The notes: a model not told the origin generated them from the letters alone. DNA of 50,031 nt from an uncultured Bacilli bacterium (GCA_947630575.1 CANRIB010000006.1:1-50031), one strand, 5' to 3'. Numbered from the stretch's first letter, positions 39,007-48,462 are shown. Numbers and translations: made by a program.

Positions 39007-39231
39007 ATGAAATGTGATAAATGCGGTTTTGTCCCTAATCCTGGTGATCAAATTTGTATGAACTGTGGAGCTAAATTAAGTTTATTAAATGCTGTATTAC
39101 CAGACGTAGAAGAAGTAAAAATAGAAACTAAAAAAAATAATAAAAAAATAATTATTATATCTGTTATAGGTATAGTTGCTTTAATAATTATAATATTCTT
39201 GATTATTAAATTTCTAGTTTTAAAAGGATAA
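39007..39231 (+). CDS. Zinc-ribbon protein with C-terminal TM anchor
   Basis: MKCDKCG...CMNCGAKL; poly-K followed by a hydrophobic helix; ATG 39007 after AGGTGA. Confidence 0.8.
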   Translation: MKCDKCGFVPNPGDQICMNCGAKLSLLNAVLPDVEEVKIETKKNNKKIIIISVIGIVALIIIIFLIIKFLVLKG

Positions 39232-39233
39232 TT

Positions 39234-39488
39234 ATGAAAAATAAGTTATTAGTAATAGTATATGTGCCTTTAATTGAAAAGCAAATAGATATGTATATCC
39301 CTGTAGTAAAAAAAGTTGGCACAATCAAGAATCTAATTATTAAAATAATTGAAGAAGAAAGCGAAGGAACTTTTATAGATGATGGCAGCAAGAATCTTTA
39401 TGATAAACAAACTGGCGAAAAAATAGATAATAACCAATTTGTCAAAGAAAGTATTATTAAAAATGGCTCTAAATTAATTTTGTATTAA
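39234..39488 (+). CDS. esaB: EsaB/YukD ubiquitin-like T7SS protein
   Basis: 84 aa, 'DMYIP....V..IK', C-terminal 'IKNGSKLIL'; directly upstream of essC. Confidence 0.75.
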   Translation: MKNKLLVIVYVPLIEKQIDMYIPVVKKVGTIKNLIIKIIEEESEGTFIDDGSKNLYDKQTGEKIDNNQFVKESIIKNGSKLILY

Positions 39489-39500
39489 GGAAGTGAGTAT

Positions 39501-42500
39501 ATGCAATTAACCATAATAAAAAAAGATAAATTAAGCATTTTTAATTTGCCAGATGAAATAAAAGGGAGCCATTGGATAACTGACTTTGAAAATGGTCGTA
39601 AAATTAATTTAATAAATATTGAAGCTACTGAAAAAGGTTGGAATATAATTAGTAATCATGATGCTTTTATAGTAGACAATAATGATATTATGGTTCCTTA
39701 TACCATTTTAACAAATTATAATTTCTATCTTTTAAAAAATAATTATAAAAATGAAAAATATTATTTGTATTGCTCACCAGTATATGATGAAACTTATCGT
39801 GAATTAGGAATAGATAATAAAATAATTGTCGGCAGTGATAATTCCTGTGATATTTGTTATAATTTAAATGGTGTTCCTAAAAAAGCTTTTAATATTATGA
39901 AAATAGGTAATTATTATTTTCTTACAATTACCGATAAAAATACCTCCGTATTTGTTAATCAAAAAAGGATATTAAGCAGCAAAAGAATTGAATATGGGGA
40001 TATAATTTTTATTTTTGGTTTAAAAATAATTTTAATGCGCCATGATGGTCGTGATTATCTTTTAGTTAACAATCCTAATAATATGCTTGCTTTTAATGCT
40101 TCATTTGTTAATATTGTTCCAACTCCAAGCGAATTTATTGAAGATAACACTGAATTAACAATTGATTCTATATATGATGAAGACACCTACTTTTATCGTG
40201 CTCCCCATTTTTACAAAACTCTAGACGATTTTAAATTAAATATTGATGTTCCACCATCTAAAAAAGAAGAAGACAAAACTCCAGCCGCCCTAACAATTGG
40301 ACCTATGCTTACAATGGCCATGACTTCTGTAGTAACTTTAATGTCTACTTTAAGCCAAATATCATCTGGTGAAAGAGATATGAGTTCTTCTATAACTTCA
40401 TTAGTTATGTGTGGTGCTATGCTAGCCAGTTGTTTACTATGGCCTTTATTAACTAAAGCTTATCAAAAATTTAGTGCTAAAATGTATGAGAAAAAAAGGC
40501 AAAAATTATATCGCAAATATATAGATAAAAAAGAAAGAGAAATCCAAGAAAGATTAGAAATTCAAAGAAAATCTTTACTTGAAAATAACTTTACAGTTAC
40601 CGATTGTCAAAATGTAATTCGTGGTCATAATGTCAAATTATGGCAAAGAAGAATAACTGATGATGACTTTTTAACTTTACCAGTTGGAATAGGGAATCTT
40701 CCTATGAAAATAGATATTAAATATCCCGAAGAACATTTCAGCTTAACTGAAGATAATCTATTAGATATAGCTCATTCTTTAGGTAAAAAAGAACGTATTT
40801 TAATGGATGTGCCAATTACTTTCTCATTTTTTGAAAATAAAACTAGTGGTATTGTCGGTGATCCTATAACTACCAAAGATTTTATTGATCGCCTTGTTTT
40901 ACAAATGATGGCTAATTATAGTTATGATGAACTAAAAATAGTTACTTTTACATCTATCGATAATGAAAATGATTGGGATTATATTAAAACAATTCCCCAC
41001 AGTTGGTCTAATGATCATGTATTTAGATATTTTGGCTCTTCTAATGAAGATTATCGAGAAATAATATATAATTTAGAAAAAATATATAATGAACGTCAAA
41101 GCACCGAACGCGATAATAGTAAACCTATGCCATATTATGTAATTATCACCGATGCTATTAAATCAATTGACAATTATGATTTTATTAAAAATATGATGGC
41201 GAGTAATAATAACTATGGTTTTAGTATTATCATGTTAGTAGATAAAGTATCAGCTCTACCAAATGAATGCAAAAGTTTTATCAATGTTTCTAAAGAAGAA
41301 TGTTCAATTTATAGCAGTGTTATCAATCTTGATGCTCAAAAATTTAAAATAGATTATTCTCCAATTGATGAAATATACAATTGTGCTCGTGAATTAGCTA
41401 ATATCCCTATTGATATAAAAAGCGAAGTAGAAGCAAGCTTGCCAGATGTATATCAATTTTTAGAAATGTATCAAGTGGGCAAAATAGAACAATTAAATTC
41501 TCAAGATCGTTGGAAAAAAAGTAATCCTATTCTTAGTTTACAAGCTCCCATTGGTATTGGTAAAAGTGGCGAAATAATAACCTTAGATTTACATGAAAAA
41601 TATCATGGACCCCATGGTTTAGTTGCCGGTACGACAGGATCTGGTAAATCTGAATTTATAATTACTTATATTTTATCTTTAGCAGTCAACTATCATCCCT
41701 ATGAAGTTCAAGTAATATTAATTGATTATAAAGGTGGAAGCCTCGCAGGAGCTTTTTGTAGTGATTCTTATGAACTGCCCCATTTAGCAGGAACTATAAC
41801 AAATCTAGATGGTAATGAATTAAATAGATCTCTAGCATCTATTGAAAGCGAAGTTAAAAGAAGACAACAAGAATTTAACGATGCTAGAAAAATTTCTGGC
41901 GAAAGTACCATAGATATTTATAAGTATCAAAAATTATGGCGAGAAGGGCGTCTAAAAGACAAAGAACCAATAGCCCATTTATTTATAATTAGTGATGAGT
42001 TTGCAGAACTTAAAGAACAACAACCAGAATTTATGGACAAATTAATTTCTGTTGCTCGTGTTGGTAGGTCTTTGGGTGTTCACTTAATTCTTGCTACTCA
42101 AAAACCCGGTGGAGTAGTTGATTCTCAAATTTGGTCCAATACTCGTTTTCGTGTCTGTCTTAAAGTTCAAGACACCAGTGATTCTCAAGAAGTACTAAAA
42201 AAACCTGATGCTGCTTATTTAAAGAAAACTGGACGTTTCTTTTTACAAGTAGGCTTTGATGAAGTTTTTACTTTAGGGCAATCTGCTTGGGCTGGCGGCC
42301 AATATTACCCAAATACAACTTTTAAAAAAGATATAGACACATCAATAAATACTATTAATAATATTGGCTTTATTACTACAACTAAAGATATTGAAGTATC
42401 TGAAACAGTTGAATCGCTAGGAGAAGAATTACCTAACATAGTGAAATATTTAAGCGATATAGCCGTCAAAGATAACATTAAAATAAAAAAACTATGGTTA

Positions 42501-44087
42501 GATAAAATACCAGCTAAAATATATATTGATTCCTTAAAAAGCAAATATAATTTTACTCGCACACCATTTATATTAAATCCCATTATTGGTGAGTATGATG
42601 ACCCTGAAAGTCAAAATCAATTTGCCTTAACAGTACCATTATCCAAATTAGGGAGCGCTATTATCTATGGTATCACAGGTGCTGGTAAAGAAGATTTTTT
42701 AACTAGTTTAATTTATTCTTGTATGACTTCATATAGTCCAGAAGAAGTAAATTTTTATATTTTAGATTTTGGTGCTGAAACCCTTCGTGTCTTTGTTAAA
42801 TCTCCTTATGTCGGTGATATAGTGTATATGGGAGAAGAAGATAAACTTATTAATTTATTTAAGATGATTAATAATGAATTAGAAATTAGAAAACAAAAAT
42901 TTGCTGAATATGGTGGTACATATGAAAGCTATATCACAAATACCAAAGAGTATATACCTAATATAGTAGTAATGATTAATAACTATGAAGCATTCTTAGA
43001 AAATTATGAAGATATTTCTGAAGAACTTAATGGTCTTTTAAGAGAAGCTTTTAAATATGGTATTTACTTTATTATTACCGCGAGTAGTGAAAATAATATT
43101 CGCACTAAAACTCGTCAAAATATTTCTTTAATCTATGTCTTAGCTCAAAATAATGAATCTGATTATTCTAGCATCTTAGGTAATATTCGTGGAAAAGTAC
43201 CTGCTAAATATAAAGGCCGTGGTTTATTTAAAAAAGATAATATTTATGAATTTCAAACTGCTTCTGTAAAAGAAGAAAATGTTTATGAATATTTAAGTAA
43301 TTATTGCAAATTAACTCAAGAAAAAATTACATATCGTGCTAAAAGAATACCTGTTCTACCAGAAATTGTAAATTATGACGCTATAATAAGTGACGTTACT
43401 AATACTCCAAACATGGTCATAGGTATCAATAAAAATAAATTAGAAGTAGAAAAATATAACTTTAAGAAAAATGCCATTAATTTAATATGTTCTTATGAAT
43501 TAGAAAGTATGATTACTTTTATAAATGCTTTAATAAATGAAGTAAATTATACCAAAGAATATGAAACATTATTTATAAATACAAGTGAAATAACTATTGA
43601 TAACCATAATTTAAAAGGTAAATTATACACTACTAATTTTGATGATGTTATTAATAGTATGGCAAATTATATCAATCAAGTTTATGATTTATATGAAAAA
43701 AATAATTATAATCTTAATTTAGTAATTAACCAAAAGAAATTTATGATATTTATCTTTGGATTATTTGACTTTATGAATAAGCTAAACGATGAAACCAAGA
43801 ATAAATTAAGTGACATGATTAAAAAAGATAATCAAATAGGTCTTATCTCCTTTGTTCTCGTGGACAATCCAGATGTTATTAAAAATTATGCTTATGATGA
43901 TTGGTTCAAAAATGGTTGTGATACTTCTCGTGGTATCTATATAGGAAGTGGCATTGCGGATCAAAACTTATTTAAAATATCTAAATTTGATCGAGAAGAT
44001 CGTGAAGATATATCTAATGAATATGGTTATTTAATTCAAACATCTAAAATATATCGCATAAAATTATTAGAAAGTTTTGAAGAATAA
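39501..44087 (+). CDS. essC: Type VII secretion FtsK/SpoIIIE ATPase EssC/YukB
   Basis: FHA-like N-terminus, two TMs, 'LWQRR..DDDFL', 'LDLHEK.HGPHGLVAGTTGSGKSE', IDYKGG, DEFAELK, 'GRSLGVHLILATQKP', second domain GITGAGK/LDFG. Confidence 0.95.
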   Translation: MQLTIIKKDKLSIFNLPDEIKGSHWITDFENGRKINLINIEATEKGWNIISNHDAFIVDNNDIMVPYTILTNYNFYLLKNNYKNEKYYLYCSPVYDETYRELGIDNKIIVGSDNSCDICYNLNGVPKKAFNIMKIGNYYFLTITDKNTSVFVNQKRILSSKRIEYGDIIFIFGLKIILMRHDGRDYLLVNNPNNMLAFNASFVNIVPTPSEFIEDNTELTIDSIYDEDTYFYRAPHFYKTLDDFKLNIDVPPSKKEEDKTPAALTIGPMLTMAMTSVVTLMSTLSQISSGERDMSSSITSLVMCGAMLASCLLWPLLTKAYQKFSAKMYEKKRQKLYRKYIDKKEREIQERLEIQRKSLLENNFTVTDCQNVIRGHNVKLWQRRITDDDFLTLPVGIGNLPMKIDIKYPEEHFSLTEDNLLDIAHSLGKKERILMDVPITFSFFENKTSGIVGDPITTKDFIDRLVLQMMANYSYDELKIVTFTSIDNENDWDYIKTIPHSWSNDHVFRYFGSSNEDYREIIYNLEKIYNERQSTERDNSKPMPYYVIITDAIKSIDNYDFIKNMMASNNNYGFSIIMLVDKVSALPNECKSFINVSKEECSIYSSVINLDAQKFKIDYSPIDEIYNCARELANIPIDIKSEVEASLPDVYQFLEMYQVGKIEQLNSQDRWKKSNPILSLQAPIGIGKSGEIITLDLHEKYHGPHGLVAGTTGSGKSEFIITYILSLAVNYHPYEVQVILIDYKGGSLAGAFCSDSYELPHLAGTITNLDGNELNRSLASIESEVKRRQQEFNDARKISGESTIDIYKYQKLWREGRLKDKEPIAHLFIISDEFAELKEQQPEFMDKLISVARVGRSLGVHLILATQKPGGVVDSQIWSNTRFRVCLKVQDTSDSQEVLKKPDAAYLKKTGRFFLQVGFDEVFTLGQSAWAGGQYYPNTTFKKDIDTSINTINNIGFITTTKDIEVSETVESLGEELPNIVKYLSDIAVKDNIKIKKLWLDKIPAKIYIDSLKSKYNFTRTPFILNPIIGEYDDPESQNQFALTVPLSKLGSAIIYGITGAGKEDFLTSLIYSCMTSYSPEEVNFYILDFGAETLRVFVKSPYVGDIVYMGEEDKLINLFKMINNELEIRKQKFAEYGGTYESYITNTKEYIPNIVVMINNYEAFLENYEDISEELNGLLREAFKYGIYFIITASSENNIRTKTRQNISLIYVLAQNNESDYSSILGNIRGKVPAKYKGRGLFKKDNIYEFQTASVKEENVYEYLSNYCKLTQEKITYRAKRIPVLPEIVNYDAIISDVTNTPNMVIGINKNKLEVEKYNFKKNAINLICSYELESMITFINALINEVNYTKEYETLFINTSEITIDNHNLKGKLYTTNFDDVINSMANYINQVYDLYEKNNYNLNLVINQKKFMIFIFGLFDFMNKLNDETKNKLSDMIKKDNQIGLISFVLVDNPDVIKNYAYDDWFKNGCDTSRGIYIGSGIADQNLFKISKFDREDREDISNEYGYLIQTSKIYRIKLLESFEE

Positions 44088-44139
44088 ATTTCTTAAATTC
44101 AACATTTTTCTAAGATATTGTAAAGAAACGTAAATAAAA

Positions 44140-44168
44140 TTGACTAATAAAATAAAGTATGCTATATT
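44140..44168 (+). promoter_or_regulatory. sigmaA promoter of the double-WXG100 gene
   Basis: TTGACT-17-TATATT with extended TG; SD AAGGAGGT downstream. Confidence 0.65.
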
Positions 44169-44222
44169 TATAATATAAAGCATGGTAACATGATATAAGA
44201 TTAAATTTAAAGGAGGTATATT

Positions 44223-44882
44223 ATGTCTGTATTTGCTTATAATCCAGAAGCTGCTAAAAGTTGGGCTAATGGAATTGTTAATTATTTAAATGGAGGAAGT
44301 GAAAGCATAAGTGCTTGTTCTAAAAAGCTTAGTGAACAAATAGAAATATTAGTTCAACCTAATGTTTGGACAGGATCTGCTGCTGCTCAAAATTATCAAA
44401 ATTTTATGGATACTCATAGAGCTTTTATTAAATTTATTAATAGTTTTGGTGATGCTTTTAGAGATTCAATGACCAAAGTTAATAAAGCTGTCGCAGAACT
44501 AGAAATGGCTAATTTAGGTGCTGATACTAATATTGAATCAACATTTGGAACTTTATCATATGATCAAATCGCTGCTTTATCTGAACAAAATATTAATAAA
44601 GCAGAAGTTACTTATGATTATGATAAAATTAGTGAAGTTAGTAGTTCTTTAAAAAGTATTGTGGCTATGGTTGACAGTATTAAAACTAATTTAACAAATA
44701 AAATCAATGAATTAAATAATGGTTCTGGAATGTGGGATGGCACTTCAGCTGAACAAGCTAAAGAAACTTTAAGCTCTATCATAAGTTCAAATATGCAAAA
44801 AATTAACGAACTATTAACTATAGATGTTAAAGAAATATCTGATGCCGCTGCTAGAGCTTCACAAGTAGATAGGGGAGCATAA
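44223..44882 (+). CDS. Tandem double WXG100-domain protein
   Basis: Two ~100-aa helical halves, each with a central WxG (VWTGSAA, MWDGTSA). Confidence 0.8.
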   Translation: MSVFAYNPEAAKSWANGIVNYLNGGSESISACSKKLSEQIEILVQPNVWTGSAAAQNYQNFMDTHRAFIKFINSFGDAFRDSMTKVNKAVAELEMANLGADTNIESTFGTLSYDQIAALSEQNINKAEVTYDYDKISEVSSSLKSIVAMVDSIKTNLTNKINELNNGSGMWDGTSAEQAKETLSSIISSNMQKINELLTIDVKEISDAAARASQVDRGA

Positions 44883-44904
44883 AAAATCACAATTGTGATT
44901 TTTT
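44881..44904 (+). terminator. Terminator after the WXG100 gene
   Basis: AAAAAATCAC-aatt-GTGATTTTTT. Confidence 0.7.
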
Positions 44905-44958
44905 ATAGATAAGAACTAAATGTTATATTTAGTTTTTATCTATGAAAGGAAGATTTAA

Positions 44959-45258
44959 ATGGATATAAGAATAAATACTGATAACATGAAAAATCATATT
45001 AAAGATATAGATTCATATATGAATGATTATCAAATAATTTTATCTAAAATAAAGGGTATTATTGATTCTGGACTTAAAAATGCTATAAAAACAGAGCAAT
45101 TATATCAAAATTTTAATGAAGAAATTCAAGGATTAAGAAGAAGTTTAGAAAGTTTACCAGTTCAAATGCAAACTTGGAAAAAATTTATTGATGGCTACAT
45201 AGAAGCTAGTGAATCATTAGATATTAATTATAATAAACAAAAAATAATCTTAAGATAG
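44959..45258 (+). CDS. Small helical WXG100-like protein without a WxG motif
   Basis: 99 aa, 'IRINTDNM' N-terminus, helix-turn-helix hairpin pattern, T7SS context. Confidence 0.6.
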   Translation: MDIRINTDNMKNHIKDIDSYMNDYQIILSKIKGIIDSGLKNAIKTEQLYQNFNEEIQGLRRSLESLPVQMQTWKKFIDGYIEASESLDINYNKQKIILR

Positions 45259-45268
45259 GAGTAAAATT

Positions 45269-45577
45269 ATGAATTATGAAATTAATATAAATCTACCACT
45301 AGTTGAAGAAGCCAACAACTCATTAAAAGAAGAGTTTACAAATATGCTTACAACCTTAGATAATATTTTACAAGCCTACAATAATCTTCTTAACGATAGT
45401 GAATGGGAAACTGAAACCAAAGAATATTTTCGCCCCATAATTAAAAATTTTAAAGAAAATATCAACATTATAAATACTAAATTTAATGATATAAATACAT
45501 ATTTAACTAATGTAGTAGATAATTATAATCGTCATGAAAAAAATGTTGCAGAAGATATAAAAAACTTAGGAGGTTAA
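45269..45577 (+). CDS. WXG100-like protein
   Basis: 102 aa, central W (SEWET), C-terminal YxxxE (YNRHE). Confidence 0.65.
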   Translation: MNYEININLPLVEEANNSLKEEFTNMLTTLDNILQAYNNLLNDSEWETETKEYFRPIIKNFKENINIINTKFNDINTYLTNVVDNYNRHEKNVAEDIKNLGG

Positions 45578-45578
45578 T

Positions 45579-45971
45579 ATGGCATATAAATATAGTGAAG
45601 TATATAATCCCACTGAATTAAAGAATTTAGCAAATACTCTAATAAGTGAGTTAAATGGTGATTATAATCTTAAAAATTTAAAAGATATTGAAGGAATAAA
45701 AACAAAATCCATAGAAAACAATATTAAAGAAGCTTTAGATAAAATGCAAGTAGGAAAAAATTCTACATTAAGTGGTGATGTAAAGCATTTAAAATTAATG
45801 CTTGAAAATTTAAAATCAGCTTGTACAAGTATTATATCTTATCAATCAAAAGTAAAAGAATTAAAAAAATATCAAGATAACAATAAAGATGGAAAATATG
45901 ATGTAACAATTAAAAATTTAAAAAAATCTATAAATACTTCAGAAACATTAATAGACAATTATTTAAAGTAA
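45579..45971 (+). CDS. Helical hypothetical protein, T7SS-associated
   Basis: 'YNPTELKNLANTL' resembles WXG100 N-termini; AGGAGG SD; 1-nt gap from the previous gene. Confidence 0.6.
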   Translation: MAYKYSEVYNPTELKNLANTLISELNGDYNLKNLKDIEGIKTKSIENNIKEALDKMQVGKNSTLSGDVKHLKLMLENLKSACTSIISYQSKVKELKKYQDNNKDGKYDVTIKNLKKSINTSETLIDNYLK

Positions 45972-45990
45972 TAAGAAATGAGGCATAAAA

Positions 45991-47937
45991 ATGTTTGGAA
46001 AAATCTTATATATAAGTGACAATATTTGTTACATAGAAAATAAAGGCTCAAATGAAATTGGTGGAGATTTATTAAATCTTCATTTAATATTTGAACATGA
46101 AGATCAAAAATTATTAGGAGAAATAGTCGAAATAAGAGATGACCGTATTGAAGTTAGATTTCTAGGTGAATTTATAAATGGCCGTTATAACAATGGTGTC
46201 TTAAGAAAAGCAAGTTTAAATAGTACAATTCGTGTTATTAATACAGAAGAATTATTAGAACTTGTAGGAAAAGAATCTAATAAAAGTTTTGTCTTAGGAA
46301 AAAGTGCCACATATAAAGATTTTAATGTTTGTCCAGATATTAATGATTTATTTGCCAATCATATGTGTATATTTGGTAACTCTGGTTCAGGTAAATCTTG
46401 TGGAGTATCAAGAGTAGTTCAAAATATTTTAAGTAATAAAAATTTTCTCGCATATAATGCTAATTTAATTTTCTTTGACTCTTTTGGTGAATACAAAAAT
46501 GCTTTTAAAAATATAAACGCTATTAACCCATATTACAATTATAAATTTGTTACTTCTCGTATTCGTGATGAAGGCGACGTTCAAATAAATTTACCATTAA
46601 ATCTTTTAAAAGTAGATGATATAGGAATTCTTCTTCAAGCTGATAAACACTCTCAATTAACTATTATAGAAAGAGCTTTAAAATATGCTAAAATATTTGC
46701 CACTGATACCCCAGAAGCTAATCAATACAAAAATCATATTATCGCCAATGCTCTAATAACTATTTTATATAGCCAAAGTACTACTAGACAAAAAAAAGAT
46801 GATATCTTTACTATCATCGATACATGTCATACCAAAGAATTTAATTTTGATTCTGTTATTCCTGGTCTTGGTTATACTCGAAGTTTTAGTGAATGTTTTG
46901 CCATTGATTCTCATGGCCATTTTGGTGAAGAAGTATTAATTACTGAATATATTTTAAAATTCATAGATGAAAATTTAAATGAGATTGAAGAACCTGCTGA
47001 TGCTATCTTTACATTAGGTGGTTTAGCTAAAGCTCTAGATTTCACTTTAATAAGTGAAGGCTTTAATCAAAATAAAAATATGCATGATGATGCTCAATTA
47101 TTAAAGGTAAGATTAAATACTATTTTACATAGCAATATGAAAGAATTTTTTACTGGTACTGAATATGTTACACCTGCCAAATTTATAACTAGATTAGTTA
47201 GTAATAATAACAAAAAATCTCAAATAATTAATATTAATCTTGAAGGATTAGACGATAGTTATGCTAAAGCTTTAGTTAAAATATATTCTCGTATTATTTT
47301 TGACTTTGCTAAAGAAAACGCCAATCGTGCCACAGTTCCTTTTCATTTATTTTTAGAAGAAGCTCATAGATATGTTCAACATGATAATGATGTCTTCTTA
47401 CTTGGATATAACATCTTTGATCGTATTGCTAAAGAAGGTCGTAAATATGGTGTTATTTTAGATATTATTAGTCAAAGACCAGTTGAAATAAGTGATACTG
47501 TTATTGCCCAATGTTCTAACTTTTTAATATTTAAAATGACTCACCCAAAAGATATTAAATATATTGAAGAAATGTTACCAAATATTAGTGCTGATGTTAT
47601 AGAAAAAATGAAAATATTACAACCAGGAACTTGTGTAGCCTTTGGAACAGCTTTTAAAATACCAATGATTTGTAAATTAGAAATGCCAAATCCTCGTCCA
47701 TATTCTGCAAGCTGTGATGTATCATCATATTGGGATTCTAAAAATGATATTAATAAAGACATAAACGATAATGAAACAGGGGAACAAACAAGTCCAACCA
47801 TAAATCAAAATGTAACAATTAGACCTGATGTCATTAATAGTGAAATTAAAAATCAAATTAATATTCCTAATGAAAATCCAAATCCCGAAACTCAAAACAG
47901 ATTTATTAATCCTGAAAACATAAACCCCGTTTCTTAA
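45991..47937 (+). CDS. HerA-like (DUF87) P-loop ATPase with N-terminal beta-barrel
   Basis: H..IFGNSGSGKS, FDSFGEY, LEEAHRY, RIAKEGRKYG, ISQRP.EIS.TV.AQCSN, LQPG.C. Confidence 0.9.
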   Translation: MFGKILYISDNICYIENKGSNEIGGDLLNLHLIFEHEDQKLLGEIVEIRDDRIEVRFLGEFINGRYNNGVLRKASLNSTIRVINTEELLELVGKESNKSFVLGKSATYKDFNVCPDINDLFANHMCIFGNSGSGKSCGVSRVVQNILSNKNFLAYNANLIFFDSFGEYKNAFKNINAINPYYNYKFVTSRIRDEGDVQINLPLNLLKVDDIGILLQADKHSQLTIIERALKYAKIFATDTPEANQYKNHIIANALITILYSQSTTRQKKDDIFTIIDTCHTKEFNFDSVIPGLGYTRSFSECFAIDSHGHFGEEVLITEYILKFIDENLNEIEEPADAIFTLGGLAKALDFTLISEGFNQNKNMHDDAQLLKVRLNTILHSNMKEFFTGTEYVTPAKFITRLVSNNNKKSQIININLEGLDDSYAKALVKIYSRIIFDFAKENANRATVPFHLFLEEAHRYVQHDNDVFLLGYNIFDRIAKEGRKYGVILDIISQRPVEISDTVIAQCSNFLIFKMTHPKDIKYIEEMLPNISADVIEKMKILQPGTCVAFGTAFKIPMICKLEMPNPRPYSASCDVSSYWDSKNDINKDINDNETGEQTSPTINQNVTIRPDVINSEIKNQINIPNENPNPETQNRFINPENINPVS

Positions 47938-47952
47938 ACAAACGAGGTTTTA
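47922..47952. terminator. Bidirectional terminator
   Basis: AAACCCCGTTT...AAACGAGGTTT between convergent genes. Confidence 0.55.
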
Positions 47953-48405
47953 TTTTAAATATTTAGGATTATCAATTCTACCAAGTAAATAATCGGCACT
48001 TATTTTATATTTACAACATATATCATAAAGATAAATAGTATTTATTAAAATTCTTCCTCTTTCATAATCTGATAAAACTGATTGAGTAGTATTTAAAATA
48101 TTTTTTAAATCATTTTGAGTTAATTTTTTTTCTTTTCTTAATTCTCTTAATCTGTTACCTACAATCTTATAATCAATATCTTTCTTAATATTATCATAAC
48201 TTTTTTCATCACTAAAATTAAATATATAATCTAAAGAAACATTAAAATAATTGCATATATTAATTAAATGTTTTAACGGCATAATTGTTTTTTCTCTTTC
48301 AAATTCACTATAAGCAGCATTAGAAATTCCAATAACTTTAACTAATTCAGTCTGCTTAATACCATCATAAGTTCTTATATCTTTAAGTCTATCCTTATAA
48401 ATCAT
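47950..48405 (-). CDS. XRE regulator with two tandem HTH domains
   Basis: 'RLKDIR...IKQ.EL...IS..AYS.FER...N.SLDY' and 'RLRELRKEKKLTQ..L...TQS..S.YERG...ISADYLLG'. Confidence 0.9.
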   Translation of the reverse strand: MIYKDRLKDIRTYDGIKQTELVKVIGISNAAYSEFEREKTIMPLKHLINICNYFNVSLDYIFNFSDEKSYDNIKKDIDYKIVGNRLRELRKEKKLTQNDLKNILNTTQSVLSDYERGRILINTIYLYDICCKYKISADYLLGRIDNPKYLK

Positions 48406-48462
48406 TTATAACCACCATAATTATTTTCTCATTAAAAAGTGGCAAAGAAAAAATAATCAAGT

